Assembly (NCBI GenBank): GCA_964503975.1 | Contig: CAZDCI010000009.1 | Span: 1-24,000 of the forward strand | Length of the DNA stretch: 24,000 nucleotides | DNA from: Candidatus Woesearchaeota archaeon | Lineage (GTDB): Archaea; Nanobdellota; Nanobdellia; Pacearchaeales; GW2011-AR1 | Direction: 5' to 3' | Shown: piece after piece, positions 1 to 8,189 of the stretch | Numbering within the stretch: position 1 is the first letter of the stretch | Layout of the letters: the number at the start of each line of letters is the position of its first letter | Notes under the pieces: generated by a model | Seen by the model: the letters and a program-made list of their open reading frames with translations, nothing else | Database searches by the model: none | Told to the model about the DNA's origin: nothing | Made by a program: the position numbers and the translations under genes

Positions 1-149
1 AAAACAATCTTCCCTTTCTCTGACTTTACCTCGACTTCATCACCGTATTTTATTCCGGCTTCCTTGAGAATCATCGGAGGAATATTCACTATGAACTTAT
101 AATAATCTTTGTCCTTGTACTTCCTGAGAAATCTTTTTTGTATCTTCAT
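1..149 (-). CDS. AbrB/SpoVT-type (swapped-hairpin) DNA-binding protein; C-terminal part lies beyond the window start
   Basis: Reverse-strand translation from the ATG at complement 147-149 gives MKIQKRFLRKYKDKDYYKFIVNIPPMILKEAGIKYGDEVEVKSEKGKIV... The IPxxhhKxxGhKxGDxVxV pattern is typical of AbrB/MazE-like domains. The ORF is open to the window edge, so it is absent from the ORF track. Confidence 0.5.
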   Translation of the reverse strand, partial: MKIQKRFLRKYKDKDYYKFIVNIPPMILKEAGIKYGDEVEVKSEKGKIV

Positions 150-225
150 GCACTCTAATAGACAATTTTATATATAAATCTTTAGGCACCGCAAGGTTTA
201 AATATATGAGGCACCTAAAATCAAT

Positions 226-483
226 ATGAAGGAGGGGGATTTAAAATTATTAATGATTGCAACATTTAGATATAGTTTAGGAAGAAGAACATATGTGCCT
301 TCTTTTATAGTTGATTTAATAATGAAAAATCATGAAATGTTTAATGAATCTGACTGGAAGAGGTTTGTTAAAGAGGTGAATGAAGAAAGCGACTTAGGAG
401 ATTCAATTGATATGATGACATGGAATAAGCTCATTCACTTCTGTGAGGATAAAATTGCTGGTTTTAGGGGATCTAAAAAATGA
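226..483 (+). CDS. Small hypothetical protein with an FRYSLGRRTY motif
   Basis: 85-aa ORF with protein-like composition and TATA-like AT boxes upstream. From memory, the RY-x-LGR-x-TY motif followed by a conserved W occurs in uncharacterised phage/prophage proteins. This was not verified. Confidence 0.45.
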   Translation: MKEGDLKLLMIATFRYSLGRRTYVPSFIVDLIMKNHEMFNESDWKRFVKEVNEESDLGDSIDMMTWNKLIHFCEDKIAGFRGSKK

Positions 484-677
484 AAATGAGATTTCTTGGA
501 ATTGGATGGAAAAGTAAGATAATTTTCAAAAGAAAAACCGCTTACATTTCAATAAATAATCTGGTTGTTGAAGGCTGTAATTTGGAAAAAGGGAAGAAAA
601 TTCATTCTTATTTGGCTGAAGATAATAAAAGAAGAAAAATAATTATTGTTTATCTGGATGGGAAAAAGAAAAAGTGA
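480..677 (+). CDS. Small basic hypothetical protein, translationally coupled to the upstream ORF
   Basis: ATGA start/stop overlap with the 226-483 ORF. The 65-aa product is K/R-rich. A weak AbrB-like pattern (NLEKGKKIHSYL...IIIVYLDG) is present. Confidence 0.3.
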   Translation: MKMRFLGIGWKSKIIFKRKTAYISINNLVVEGCNLEKGKKIHSYLAEDNKRRKIIIVYLDGKKKK

Positions 678-701
678 ATCTTAATAGAAAGATATTTAAA
701 T

Positions 702-725
702 CCATTATCTTTTAAAAGATAATGG
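702..725. promoter_or_regulatory. Perfect 24-bp palindrome (ccattatcttttaaaagataatgg) overlapping the start codon of the wHTH gene
   Basis: Read directly: 702-713 is the exact reverse complement of 714-725. The ATG at 722 lies inside the right arm. Candidate autoregulatory operator. Confidence 0.5.
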
Positions 726-1375
726 GAATATTCAATGAAATTACAATGGAAATAGTAAGAAACGCTAGAGATAGAGAAAGTATTCATAGTTTAGCTAATA
801 GAATTGGTTTTGCGTATTCTGCAGTTTACAAGTGGGTATTAGAGTTGGAAAAATACGGGGTTATAAGTTTAATTAGAAAAGGGAATAAAAATGCAATAAT
901 AATTAATAAAAATGAAATATATCAAAAATTTAAGCAATTAGGCAGAGCAATTTCTGTTGTTGAAAAAGACAATATTTTCTGGAATTTGATTAAAAAATCT
1001 AGATTAAAGGTAAGGTTTGTCAAAGGAACCGCTGCAACTATCTGGACAAGAGGAAGTTTTATCACGGGAGATTTTTATGATAGGATTTATTTTTTAGAAG
1101 TTGAAAAAACAGACAAAGAAAAATTAAAAAAAATATTAAGGCAAAATGGAATCAGTTTCACAGAAGAAAAGCAAATTGATGAAAGACCATTAATCCATAT
1201 AACCGAAAAAGAAAAATTAAATATAGAAAAAGAACAAGGGTTGCCAATAATGCCTTTGAAAGAATTAGTCAAATGGGCAAAGGGGTTACAATTAGAAAAC
1301 ATTTTAGAGCATTTAGATAATATGCATAATTTGGGATTGCAGATAAAATATTCGGAGGTTTCAAAAAATGTCTAA
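722..1375 (+). CDS. Winged-helix transcriptional regulator, AbiEi-like antitoxin candidate
   Basis: The N-terminal segment SIHSLANRIGFAYSAVYKWVLELEKYGVISLIRKG is a classic wHTH. The gene overlaps the downstream nucleotidyltransferase gene by 8 nt. Confidence 0.55.
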   Translation: MGIFNEITMEIVRNARDRESIHSLANRIGFAYSAVYKWVLELEKYGVISLIRKGNKNAIIINKNEIYQKFKQLGRAISVVEKDNIFWNLIKKSRLKVRFVKGTAATIWTRGSFITGDFYDRIYFLEVEKTDKEKLKKILRQNGISFTEEKQIDERPLIHITEKEKLNIEKEQGLPIMPLKELVKWAKGLQLENILEHLDNMHNLGLQIKYSEVSKNV

Positions 1376-2060
1376 ACACGACTCAAGAATCGGATTGTTG
1401 GAAAGAGAGCAAGAAATTATGAGAATTATTAATGTCTTTCTGGATAATAAATTGGAATTTGTGGTTGTGGGGGGTTATGCGGTTTCTACATACAAAAAAA
1501 GGTTTTCAATTGATCTGGATATTGTAATCAGTGAAAAGAATTTGGAAAAATTTGAGAAAATTCTTGAAAAAGAAGGGTATACTTTGAGTTATGAAAAGAA
1601 AATTGGGTTAATTTATGGGGAAAATTTTAAGAGATTTAGGAAGATCATAAAACAATTTCCGGCAGATATTGATTTACTAATCAACGGTCTTGCATCCAGG
1701 GCGACAGACACGGTTTGGGGGCGGGATTATATAAAAGAACATTCTATAAAAAGAAAAATCGAAAACACAGAATTTTTTATTCCAAAAAAAGAATTATTAA
1801 TTGCGATGAAGTTTCATAGTGGAAGATTATCTGATATTAGAGATGTTGTTGCATTAATGCCATGCAATTTTGAATTAACCAAAAAACATCTGAAAAGGGG
1901 AAGTATTGACAAGCTTAAAAATTCTATGAAGAATCAATTAAATTTCCTTAACAAACCCCAGTTTAAGGATAGTTTCAAAGGAATTTTTGGACCCTATTCT
2001 TTCAATGAAAAAAATTTAGAAATTACAAAAGATTTCATGGAAAATTTTTTGCATAATTAA
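1368..2060 (+). CDS. Pol-beta-superfamily nucleotidyltransferase, AbiEii-like toxin candidate
   Basis: LEFVVVGGYAVSTYKKRFSIDLDIVI matches the hGG-x(n)-R-x-S-x-D-h-D NTase motif. The gene is paired and overlapping with the upstream wHTH gene. Confidence 0.55.
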   Translation: MSKHDSRIGLLEREQEIMRIINVFLDNKLEFVVVGGYAVSTYKKRFSIDLDIVISEKNLEKFEKILEKEGYTLSYEKKIGLIYGENFKRFRKIIKQFPADIDLLINGLASRATDTVWGRDYIKEHSIKRKIENTEFFIPKKELLIAMKFHSGRLSDIRDVVALMPCNFELTKKHLKRGSIDKLKNSMKNQLNFLNKPQFKDSFKGIFGPYSFNEKNLEITKDFMENFLHN

Positions 2061-2124
2061 ATCTATATGTCTAAAAAGGTCGTAACAAAGACCAACTAAA
2101 AATTAAACAGTTAAAAGTTATTTC

Positions 2125-2238
2125 CTAAATGGGTAAACTTTTTTGTGATTTTCTAAGGCCCAATCTATCATACCCTTTCTGGCAATAAGGACATTTATAT
2201 CTGTTTCTTAATTGTTTGCAGTTCTCATTGTGTGTCAT
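2125..2238 (-). CDS. Possible 37-aa cysteine-containing (zinc-ribbon-like) micro-ORF
   Basis: My own translation gives MTHNENCKQLRNRYKCPYCQKGYDRLGLRKSQKSLPI*, with C-x9-C-x2-C spacing. It is below the track length cutoff and there is no other support. Confidence 0.2.
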   Translation of the reverse strand: MTHNENCKQLRNRYKCPYCQKGYDRLGLRKSQKSLPI

Positions 2239-2328
2239 TATAAAAAAGATTTCTTAGAATTTATATCAGGTGTGTTTACGCCAAAACTCCCACACAAATT
2301 ATATAATTTATTTTAACCAAAGTAAAGC

Positions 2329-2676
2329 ATGGCAGAAAGTCAATCAAGATATAGTATCGTAGAGAGATTAACCCGGAAAAAATTAGGGGTTATGAATTCT
2401 AAATCCAAGCTTAAAGAAGATGTTAAAAGAAAGGATCAAAAAATAGGAAAATTGAAAAAGGATTTGGAAAACTGGAAGAAAGATATCCAAGAAGACATAA
2501 AAAGAGAAGAAAGAAAAAAAGAGATTGAAATTGAAAGAGCAAGGCAGGAATTTGAGAATTCAAAGGCACAAATGAATGACAAAGAAAGAGTTTTTGATGA
2601 ACAAATCGAAGCAATTGAGGACGCATTAAAATCTATTGAAGAAATTTCAAAAACAATTCCTAACATTCAATCTTAA
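2329..2676 (+). CDS. Coiled-coil hypothetical protein
   Basis: 115-aa K/E-rich heptad-like sequence with a TATA-like ttatataat upstream. The antisense ORFs here are low-complexity F/L/S artefacts. Confidence 0.5.
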   Translation: MAESQSRYSIVERLTRKKLGVMNSKSKLKEDVKRKDQKIGKLKKDLENWKKDIQEDIKREERKKEIEIERARQEFENSKAQMNDKERVFDEQIEAIEDALKSIEEISKTIPNIQS

Positions 2677-2820
2677 TTATTAGAATAAAAAAGGGGTTTT
2701 TGGATCAATAGAAGTCTGCAGAAAAAAATTGATGCCATGTGCGCAAAGCAGACTCAATAATGGAAAAATAAACCAATGCCATGCTGCTGGTTCATTTATT
2801 GGAGGCTTTTTACCTCCGGA

Positions 2821-3486
2821 TTAATTTTTATTCTCCCGCCAACTCCACCAACCATCATTCCCAATAATAACATGGTCAAGGACTTTTATGTCAACCTGTT
2901 TTCCAACTTCTATTAGTTTTTTCGTAATTTCTAAATCCTCTGGGCTTGGCTGTGAATTTCCGCTTGGATGATTATGGATGAGAATTATTTTTGCGCATGA
3001 ATTCTTAATCGCGGATTTGAAAACTTCACGTGGATGAAGAATTGAAGCATCTAGAACGCCTTTTGAGATAAGTTCTTCTTTGACTATGTGGTTTTGATTA
3101 TTTAGAAGAAGGACATAAAAATGTTCTTGCTTTTTATCCTTTAATTTTTTGTGAAATAATTTGAAAACGTCTTCTGCCTTAGTTATTTTATTTATAGAAT
3201 TCTTTTCATCATCATATCTTTTCCCTAATTCGGCAATAGCCAGAATCTGCATGGCTTTGCTTGGGCCAATGCCCTTAATACTTTGAAGCTCCTTTAAAGA
3301 ACAATCAAACAGGTTAGAAAGACCGAATTTGCTTATCAGTCTATTAGAAACTTCCATAATATTTTCCTTAGCCGTACCTGTCCTAAGAATTATCGCAAAA
3401 AGCTCTGCATCGCTTAAAACCTCAGGACCGTGTTTAAGGAATCTTTCCCTTGGCTTTGAAGAATCTGGGAGGTCTTTGATTTTCAT
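2821..3486 (-). CDS. radC: RadC-family JAB/MPN domain protein
   Basis: Helix-hairpin-helix region LKELQSIKGIGPSKAMQILAIAELGKR, plus the JAMM motif ILIHNHPSGNSQPSPEDLEITKKL. Confidence 0.9.
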   Translation of the reverse strand: MKIKDLPDSSKPRERFLKHGPEVLSDAELFAIILRTGTAKENIMEVSNRLISKFGLSNLFDCSLKELQSIKGIGPSKAMQILAIAELGKRYDDEKNSINKITKAEDVFKLFHKKLKDKKQEHFYVLLLNNQNHIVKEELISKGVLDASILHPREVFKSAIKNSCAKIILIHNHPSGNSQPSPEDLEITKKLIEVGKQVDIKVLDHVIIGNDGWWSWRENKN

Positions 3487-3684
3487 TTTAATATAAGTTT
3501 TTTATTTTATAAAAATATATCTAAAATTTTAATTTCCTTTCAACCAACCCCTTCAAAAACCCCAAAATCTCCTCTCCAAAAAACTCTTCTATAACAACTA
3601 CCAAAAACATACTCAACGCGCCTAAAAAGAAGGCTTGAAAACATATTTGGAAAAGTCTAAAAATAATGTATTCTTTACAAAAAA

Positions 3685-4995
3685 ATGAATGATATGATAA
3701 CATATGTAAATGATTTTGTGAAGAGTATAAGACCTCATGAAACAATTGCTTCCTTTGTAAGAGAAAAAACAAAAAACTCTTCTATTGGTGAGGGCAGACC
3801 TTCCGAATATTTTTACTTGAGAGAGCTTTGTAATCCCATACAAAGTTATTACACACGTATAGGAAAAAGTATTCCTCCTTCTCTTGAATCTAAGAAAAAA
3901 ATGGCTTATGGAAATAAATTACATAGGTTAGCAAATATTTGGTTTAGAGATATTCCAGGATATATTGTAGATGAAGGTGTCGTAGATGGGGCATTGGTAA
4001 ATGTGAAAGGAGTCAGAGGAAAAATAGATGCTCTTATGGGGGAAAATATTTTGGAAATTAAAACGAAAGAAAATCTTCCTGGAAAAGATCCTTCTGAAAT
4101 AATTGAAAACTATCTACAAGACGTAGAACAACTTGTTTTTTACTCTGTGTTGTATAAAAAACCAAAAGAAATAAATTATTTAATTTTTATCTCTCAAAAA
4201 CATCCTCACGATCTTCTTTCTTTCAAAATAAAAGTAAAAAACCCTCATTTAATAAAAGAAGTAATAAGAAGCCGTATAAAGAGATTGGAAAAGGCTATTG
4301 GGGACAAAAATCCTTCTTCTCTACCAAAATGTAAGTATCATGAAGTAGGCTGCCATTTAAAGGATCTTTGCTCTTGTGAAGATCTAAAAGATTTTGCTGA
4401 TAAAAAAGTTCTTGAAAATATAGAAATTTTTTATGATGGAGAATTTAGTGAAAAATTAAGGAAATTTAAAGAAAATTCGCAAGGTTTTCTTAAAGAAGAG
4501 GATGTTTTTACCACTCATGATATTCTTTTTCCTAGGAATTACAGGGTAGAAGAAGAATATGCTCCTGATGAAGAAAAGGATCAACTCAAAAATTATCTTG
4601 AAGGTTTAGTAAGAAAAATACATGAATTCAGGATACTTCCTTCTGGAAATGAATTTATTAAAAAATCTCTAAAAGAACCCAAAATGGCAATAAAGCACCG
4701 GTGGATAAGAATTCCTTCTTCAAACACTAAAACAGATTATTTTCCTTACATTGTAACTATGAATAAAACAGGTTCTGCGAGGCCCCACGAATATCATACT
4801 GCTGCTCTGGGACTTATCTGTGCATTATATGGAAAAAATAAAGGGGTGATTTTTGAAATCACTCCTGACGAGAAAATTAGAGTTTTTGATGTGGAATATA
4901 GAAATACTTCAAAAATTCTAAATAGAATCAAAGAAATTATAAAAAACATTCAGGAAGAGAAAATAGAAGAGTTGCCTCCGAACCATTGGAATTAA
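3685..4995 (+). CDS. Cas4/RecB-like PD-(D/E)XK nuclease with Fe-S cysteines, followed by about 200 aa of uncharacterised C-terminal extension
   Basis: N-terminal Cys context YLRELCNPIQSYY. GNKLH. D-x(n)-E-x-K core GKIDALMGENILEIKTK. QxxxY motif EQLVFYSVLY. C-terminal cysteine cluster CKYHEVGCHLKDLCSC. No cas1/cas2 genes or CRISPR array are present in the window. Confidence 0.65.
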   Translation: MNDMITYVNDFVKSIRPHETIASFVREKTKNSSIGEGRPSEYFYLRELCNPIQSYYTRIGKSIPPSLESKKKMAYGNKLHRLANIWFRDIPGYIVDEGVVDGALVNVKGVRGKIDALMGENILEIKTKENLPGKDPSEIIENYLQDVEQLVFYSVLYKKPKEINYLIFISQKHPHDLLSFKIKVKNPHLIKEVIRSRIKRLEKAIGDKNPSSLPKCKYHEVGCHLKDLCSCEDLKDFADKKVLENIEIFYDGEFSEKLRKFKENSQGFLKEEDVFTTHDILFPRNYRVEEEYAPDEEKDQLKNYLEGLVRKIHEFRILPSGNEFIKKSLKEPKMAIKHRWIRIPSSNTKTDYFPYIVTMNKTGSARPHEYHTAALGLICALYGKNKGVIFEITPDEKIRVFDVEYRNTSKILNRIKEIIKNIQEEKIEELPPNHWN

Positions 4996-5059
4996 AAATG
5001 AAAAAACCAATTAAACACAAATCACCTTATTGGGATATGGAGAGGAAGAGGAAACAATA

Positions 5060-5377
5060 ATGGAAAAAATAACTCAGGAAGAACTCGAAGAACTTAGAGA
5101 ATTTTTTAACGAGGAATTTTGGCCTAAAATGAAAAACGAGTTAAAAGATATGTCAAAAAAAGAAGCCTGTTTTTCTTGTTTTCTTGCAGGGTCGGATATG
5201 ATGAGATACTCTATAGAAAAAGAATTTGTAGAGACAGAAAAGATGATTTCAAAAATGAGTGAAGAAGAAATTATAAAAACCATCCGCGAGGGAAATGAAA
5301 ACACTCTTTGGGAAGATAAAACCAAAATAAATGGGGTTTGGGTTGACGATAAAACAGGAAAGGTTTTGGAGGAGTGA
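5060..5377 (+). CDS. Small acidic hypothetical protein
   Basis: The ORF track starts at a TTG at 5030. An ATG at 5060 preceded by a purine-rich ggagaggaagagga is the more plausible start. The sequence is E-rich and helical-looking. Confidence 0.45.
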   Translation: MEKITQEELEELREFFNEEFWPKMKNELKDMSKKEACFSCFLAGSDMMRYSIEKEFVETEKMISKMSEEEIIKTIREGNENTLWEDKTKINGVWVDDKTGKVLEE

Positions 5378-5399
5378 CATATCTCATGAGCCGATACAC

Positions 5400-5430
5400 A
5401 TACCCTCTATACTAACATCATATAGGGTAT
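5400..5430. promoter_or_regulatory. Imperfect inverted repeat (ataccctctata-N9-tatagggtat) upstream of the 5497 wHTH gene
   Basis: Read directly. The arms match except for one extra C in the left arm. It lies within an AT-rich, TATA-like region about 70 nt upstream of the ATG. Confidence 0.35.
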
Positions 5431-5496
5431 ATACAAATATTTATAAACATATATACATTGTTTCTTGCATGAAAGGAAAATGGAGGAGTTTTTATC

Positions 5497-6567
5497 ATGG
5501 CGGCAAAGCAAATTAGAAAAACATCTCAAAAAATTAAAGATAAAATTCTTTCTCAACTTAAGGAAGGGCCGTTTTCCATAAAAAGGTTAAGTGAAAAAAT
5601 AGGTTCTAACTGGTCTACTGTTAAAGAGTATTTGAAAGAATTGGAAGATGAAGGGAAGGTTAGAGAAATGACTTCTTTGGACAGCGGAAGATACTACGTG
5701 AGATCGGATTATCCGACTTTTTACGGGCTTCCTTTAGATAGTGAAAAACTTAAAAAATCATTATATCTGCTTTCAAAAATCACTGAAAGATGGAATGTTC
5801 ATAAAAAAAATGAAGGGCCCATAGCAAAAACACCCTTACAAAAAATTGCTGTTGATTTAATACAAAAAAATAAGCTTGACATTCCAGTGGTTAGGTTTCA
5901 TTATGGAAAAGTCTTGGTTACTCGTTTTGAGCCTGAAAAATCTCAAGAAATAATCTCCATATATGGATATACTGATGTTGAAATATCGGATAGGGAAATA
6001 GATAAAGAAATAAGAAACAGGTCTAATCTTGCTTGGAAAGAAAAAAAGAAACAGTATGAAACCCATCCTGACATGAAGATATTTAATTTGAGCGATGAAA
6101 TTTATTATACTCTTTCTAAAAATAAGACAAGTAACCCTGAGAAAATTTTAGATATGTTCTATGAATTGTTGTTAGAATTTCCTGTACAGAAAGAATATTC
6201 TATTTTATTCTCTAAGTATTATGACCTTTTAGGTGCAATAAAGTTAATCTCCAACTCCGAAGAATTTGGGGATAAAGAAAATAGAAGGAATTTTCTAAAA
6301 GAAATTTTAGAAACTTTTGATTCTATATGGCAAGCGCTAACTACTGAATTCTTTTTTCAAGATGTAAAGCCTTTCATAAGCAAAGAATTTGTGGATTTAT
6401 TTGAATTTATTAAGGAATCAAAAACCCAATCTTATTATGTTGAAGTTGAGGAAAGACTGAACAATCTTCTTGACTACAAGATGTCCCTTGCAATAAAAGA
6501 AATCAAACTAGATGAAACTGAGGAAAAAATGCTTAATATATTTCTGGAAGGTGCAGATGAAGAATGA
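5497..6567 (+). CDS. wHTH DNA-binding protein with a large uncharacterised C-terminal region
   Basis: The N-terminal segment KDKILSQLKEGPFSIKRLSEKIGSNWSTVKEYLKELEDEGKVRE is a wHTH. A GGAGGAG motif sits 8 nt upstream of the ATG. The stop overlaps the next gene (ATGA). Confidence 0.6.
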   Translation: MAAKQIRKTSQKIKDKILSQLKEGPFSIKRLSEKIGSNWSTVKEYLKELEDEGKVREMTSLDSGRYYVRSDYPTFYGLPLDSEKLKKSLYLLSKITERWNVHKKNEGPIAKTPLQKIAVDLIQKNKLDIPVVRFHYGKVLVTRFEPEKSQEIISIYGYTDVEISDREIDKEIRNRSNLAWKEKKKQYETHPDMKIFNLSDEIYYTLSKNKTSNPEKILDMFYELLLEFPVQKEYSILFSKYYDLLGAIKLISNSEEFGDKENRRNFLKEILETFDSIWQALTTEFFFQDVKPFISKEFVDLFEFIKESKTQSYYVEVEERLNNLLDYKMSLAIKEIKLDETEEKMLNIFLEGADEE

Positions 6568-7214
6568 GATGGTTTTTGGATATGAACATAGTTCTATTTT
6601 ATGCTGGAGAAGGCAACAGGTCTGATTTAGAAAAAAAGACTAAAAAATTTGTCTTGGAAAAAAACGACGGAAAATTCCTATTATGTTATTACATAAGAGA
6701 TGTGGATTTGCCCAAATGGCTTGACAGGCAAAAAATTATTTTAAAAGAAATAGTTAGAAAATTTAAAGATGATTCTTATAATCTTTATAGTTCTCAAGAG
6801 TCTTCCAAGCTTACTGATAGGGACAAAAAGAAATTAATTAAATTTATAGTTTTGGCTAAAAATCTTTCTGATTCCGATGAAAAAATTGAGAAAATCACAA
6901 AAGCATTTTCGGAGCTAGAAAGGAGGATAAACAAATTCCTCCAGGATTTTATTGATGAATTCGTTATTCCTATTAATGGAATAGATAAAGAACTTGTTTC
7001 TCATCTGAATAGCTTTATTGGTTTAGGCGAATCCAGGCTAAATATTTCAGATGTAAAAACACTAGCTTCCAGCATACAAGAACATAATAATAAAAAACTT
7101 ACATTGATTACTGCAGACAGAAAAGATTGGACAAAAGATTTTTTAGAAGAAGTGCAATATCATTATTCATTAAAAAAGAAGTATCCTTCACTTCCAAAAA
7201 TACAATATCTTTAA
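6564..7214 (+). CDS. PIN-like nuclease domain protein with a long internal insertion
   Basis: The N-terminal FLDMNIVLFY and the C-terminal ISDVKTLASS...LTLITADRKDW resemble the first and last acidic PIN motifs (hhDTN..., sD..ha.a...lhT.D.dF). The middle roughly 130 aa are unassigned. Confidence 0.45.
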   Translation: MRWFLDMNIVLFYAGEGNRSDLEKKTKKFVLEKNDGKFLLCYYIRDVDLPKWLDRQKIILKEIVRKFKDDSYNLYSSQESSKLTDRDKKKLIKFIVLAKNLSDSDEKIEKITKAFSELERRINKFLQDFIDEFVIPINGIDKELVSHLNSFIGLGESRLNISDVKTLASSIQEHNNKKLTLITADRKDWTKDFLEEVQYHYSLKKKYPSLPKIQYL

Positions 7215-7311
7215 GATTTTTGAATCATCCGCATTTAACTAAGGGGAATTTCAACAATTTTAGAAAAACCAATCTCAAAAAATTTAAGTAATGCTTATTC
7301 TTAAATGATTT

Positions 7312-7605
7312 ATGAAAAAACCCCTAATAATCTCAATAATAATCCTCGTGCTTTTAATACTCGGAGTACTTGCGTTTTTTATAATAACTGGAAGTAATGG
7401 GGAAGAAACAAGCGCTAACAATTCTGATATTGGAGAAGGAGACGCGCCCGCATATATTTGTGGAAACGACCATTATAATTGTGAAGATTTCGAGACTCAA
7501 TTTGAGGCCCAAAAGGCTTACAATACTTGCTTTTCTTTAGGCTTCGGAGACATTCATGGTTTGGACAACGACGGCGATGGAGAGGTTTGTGAGGGGTTGA
7601 GTTAA
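7312..7605 (+). CDS. Membrane-anchored or secreted Excalibur calcium-binding domain protein
   Basis: N-terminal hydrophobic helix [25 protein letters not shown]-terminal [16 protein letters not shown]...[16 protein letters not shown] matches the DxDxDGxxCE Excalibur motif. Confidence 0.75.
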   Translation: MKKPLIISIIILVLLILGVLAFFIITGSNGEETSANNSDIGEGDAPAYICGNDHYNCEDFETQFEAQKAYNTCFSLGFGDIHGLDNDGDGEVCEGLS

Positions 7606-7606
7606 G

Positions 7607-8125
7607 ATGGAAAAAGTAATTCTTGTAGATGAAAATAATAATGAGATAGGGGAAGAAGAAAAAATAAAAGCTCACAAAGAAGGTAAACTTCACAGAGCTT
7701 TCTCTATCTTTGTTTTTAATTCTAAAAGAAAATTGCTACTCCAACAAAGAGCAAAAACGAAATATCACTCAGGAGGATTTTGGTCTAATACTGTTTGCGG
7801 ACATCCAAGACCTAATGAAAATTATCAGCAAGCAACACACAGAAGGCTCAAAGAAGAAATGGGTTTTGATTGTGAATTGGAAAAATTATTTTGTTTTATA
7901 TATAAGACAGATTTTAAAAATGGGTTGATTGAAAATGAATATGGTTGTGTTTTTATCGGAAAGTTTGATGGGAATCCTATACCTGACCCTGAAGAAGCCA
8001 TAGATTATAAATGGATTTCTTTAGAAGATTTGAAAAAAGATATTGAGAAAAATCCTGAGAAATATACAGAATGGTTAAAGATAATCTTAAAAAGAATAAA
8101 GCTTTCTAAAATTGAGAGGAAATAA
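7607..8125 (+). CDS. idi: Isopentenyl-diphosphate delta-isomerase, type 1 (Nudix fold)
   Basis: Collinear with E. coli Idi as I recall it: LHRAFSIFVFN, LLLQQRA..K, WSNTVCGHP, RRLKEEMGF, ENEYGCVF, and a DYKW...L tail. Confidence 0.88.
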   Translation: MEKVILVDENNNEIGEEEKIKAHKEGKLHRAFSIFVFNSKRKLLLQQRAKTKYHSGGFWSNTVCGHPRPNENYQQATHRRLKEEMGFDCELEKLFCFIYKTDFKNGLIENEYGCVFIGKFDGNPIPDPEEAIDYKWISLEDLKKDIEKNPEKYTEWLKIILKRIKLSKIERK

Positions 8126-8189
8126 AATGACTTTATTCAATCCTTTGATAATTCTTTACGTGATGTTTTTTGGTATGGTGGTGAAGATA

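Noticed and set aside
1087-1302. Antisense ORFs in the track opposite K/E-rich genes. Examples: 1087-1302, 2423-2626, 2436-2666, 5074-5325, 5857-6066, 14227-14412, 17659-17961, 17694-17936, 18214-18663, 18440-18679, 18667-19050, 18995-19210 and 20144-20359.
   Set aside because: Their translations are F/L/S/C-rich low-complexity strings, as expected from the reverse complement of Lys/Glu-rich coding DNA. Each lies fully inside a gene with recognisable motifs on the other strand.
3521-3843. ORFs 3521-3772 and 3622-3843 (minus strand) in the RadC/Cas4-like divergent promoter region.
   Set aside because: The composition is not protein-like. They overlap the 5' end of the well-supported 3685-4995 gene and the AT-rich promoter. 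No motifs are present.
7415-7928. ORFs 7415-7693 (minus strand) and 7710-7928 (plus strand, alternative frame).
   Set aside because: They overlap the Excalibur and idi genes, which have clear family motifs. Their translations are low complexity.
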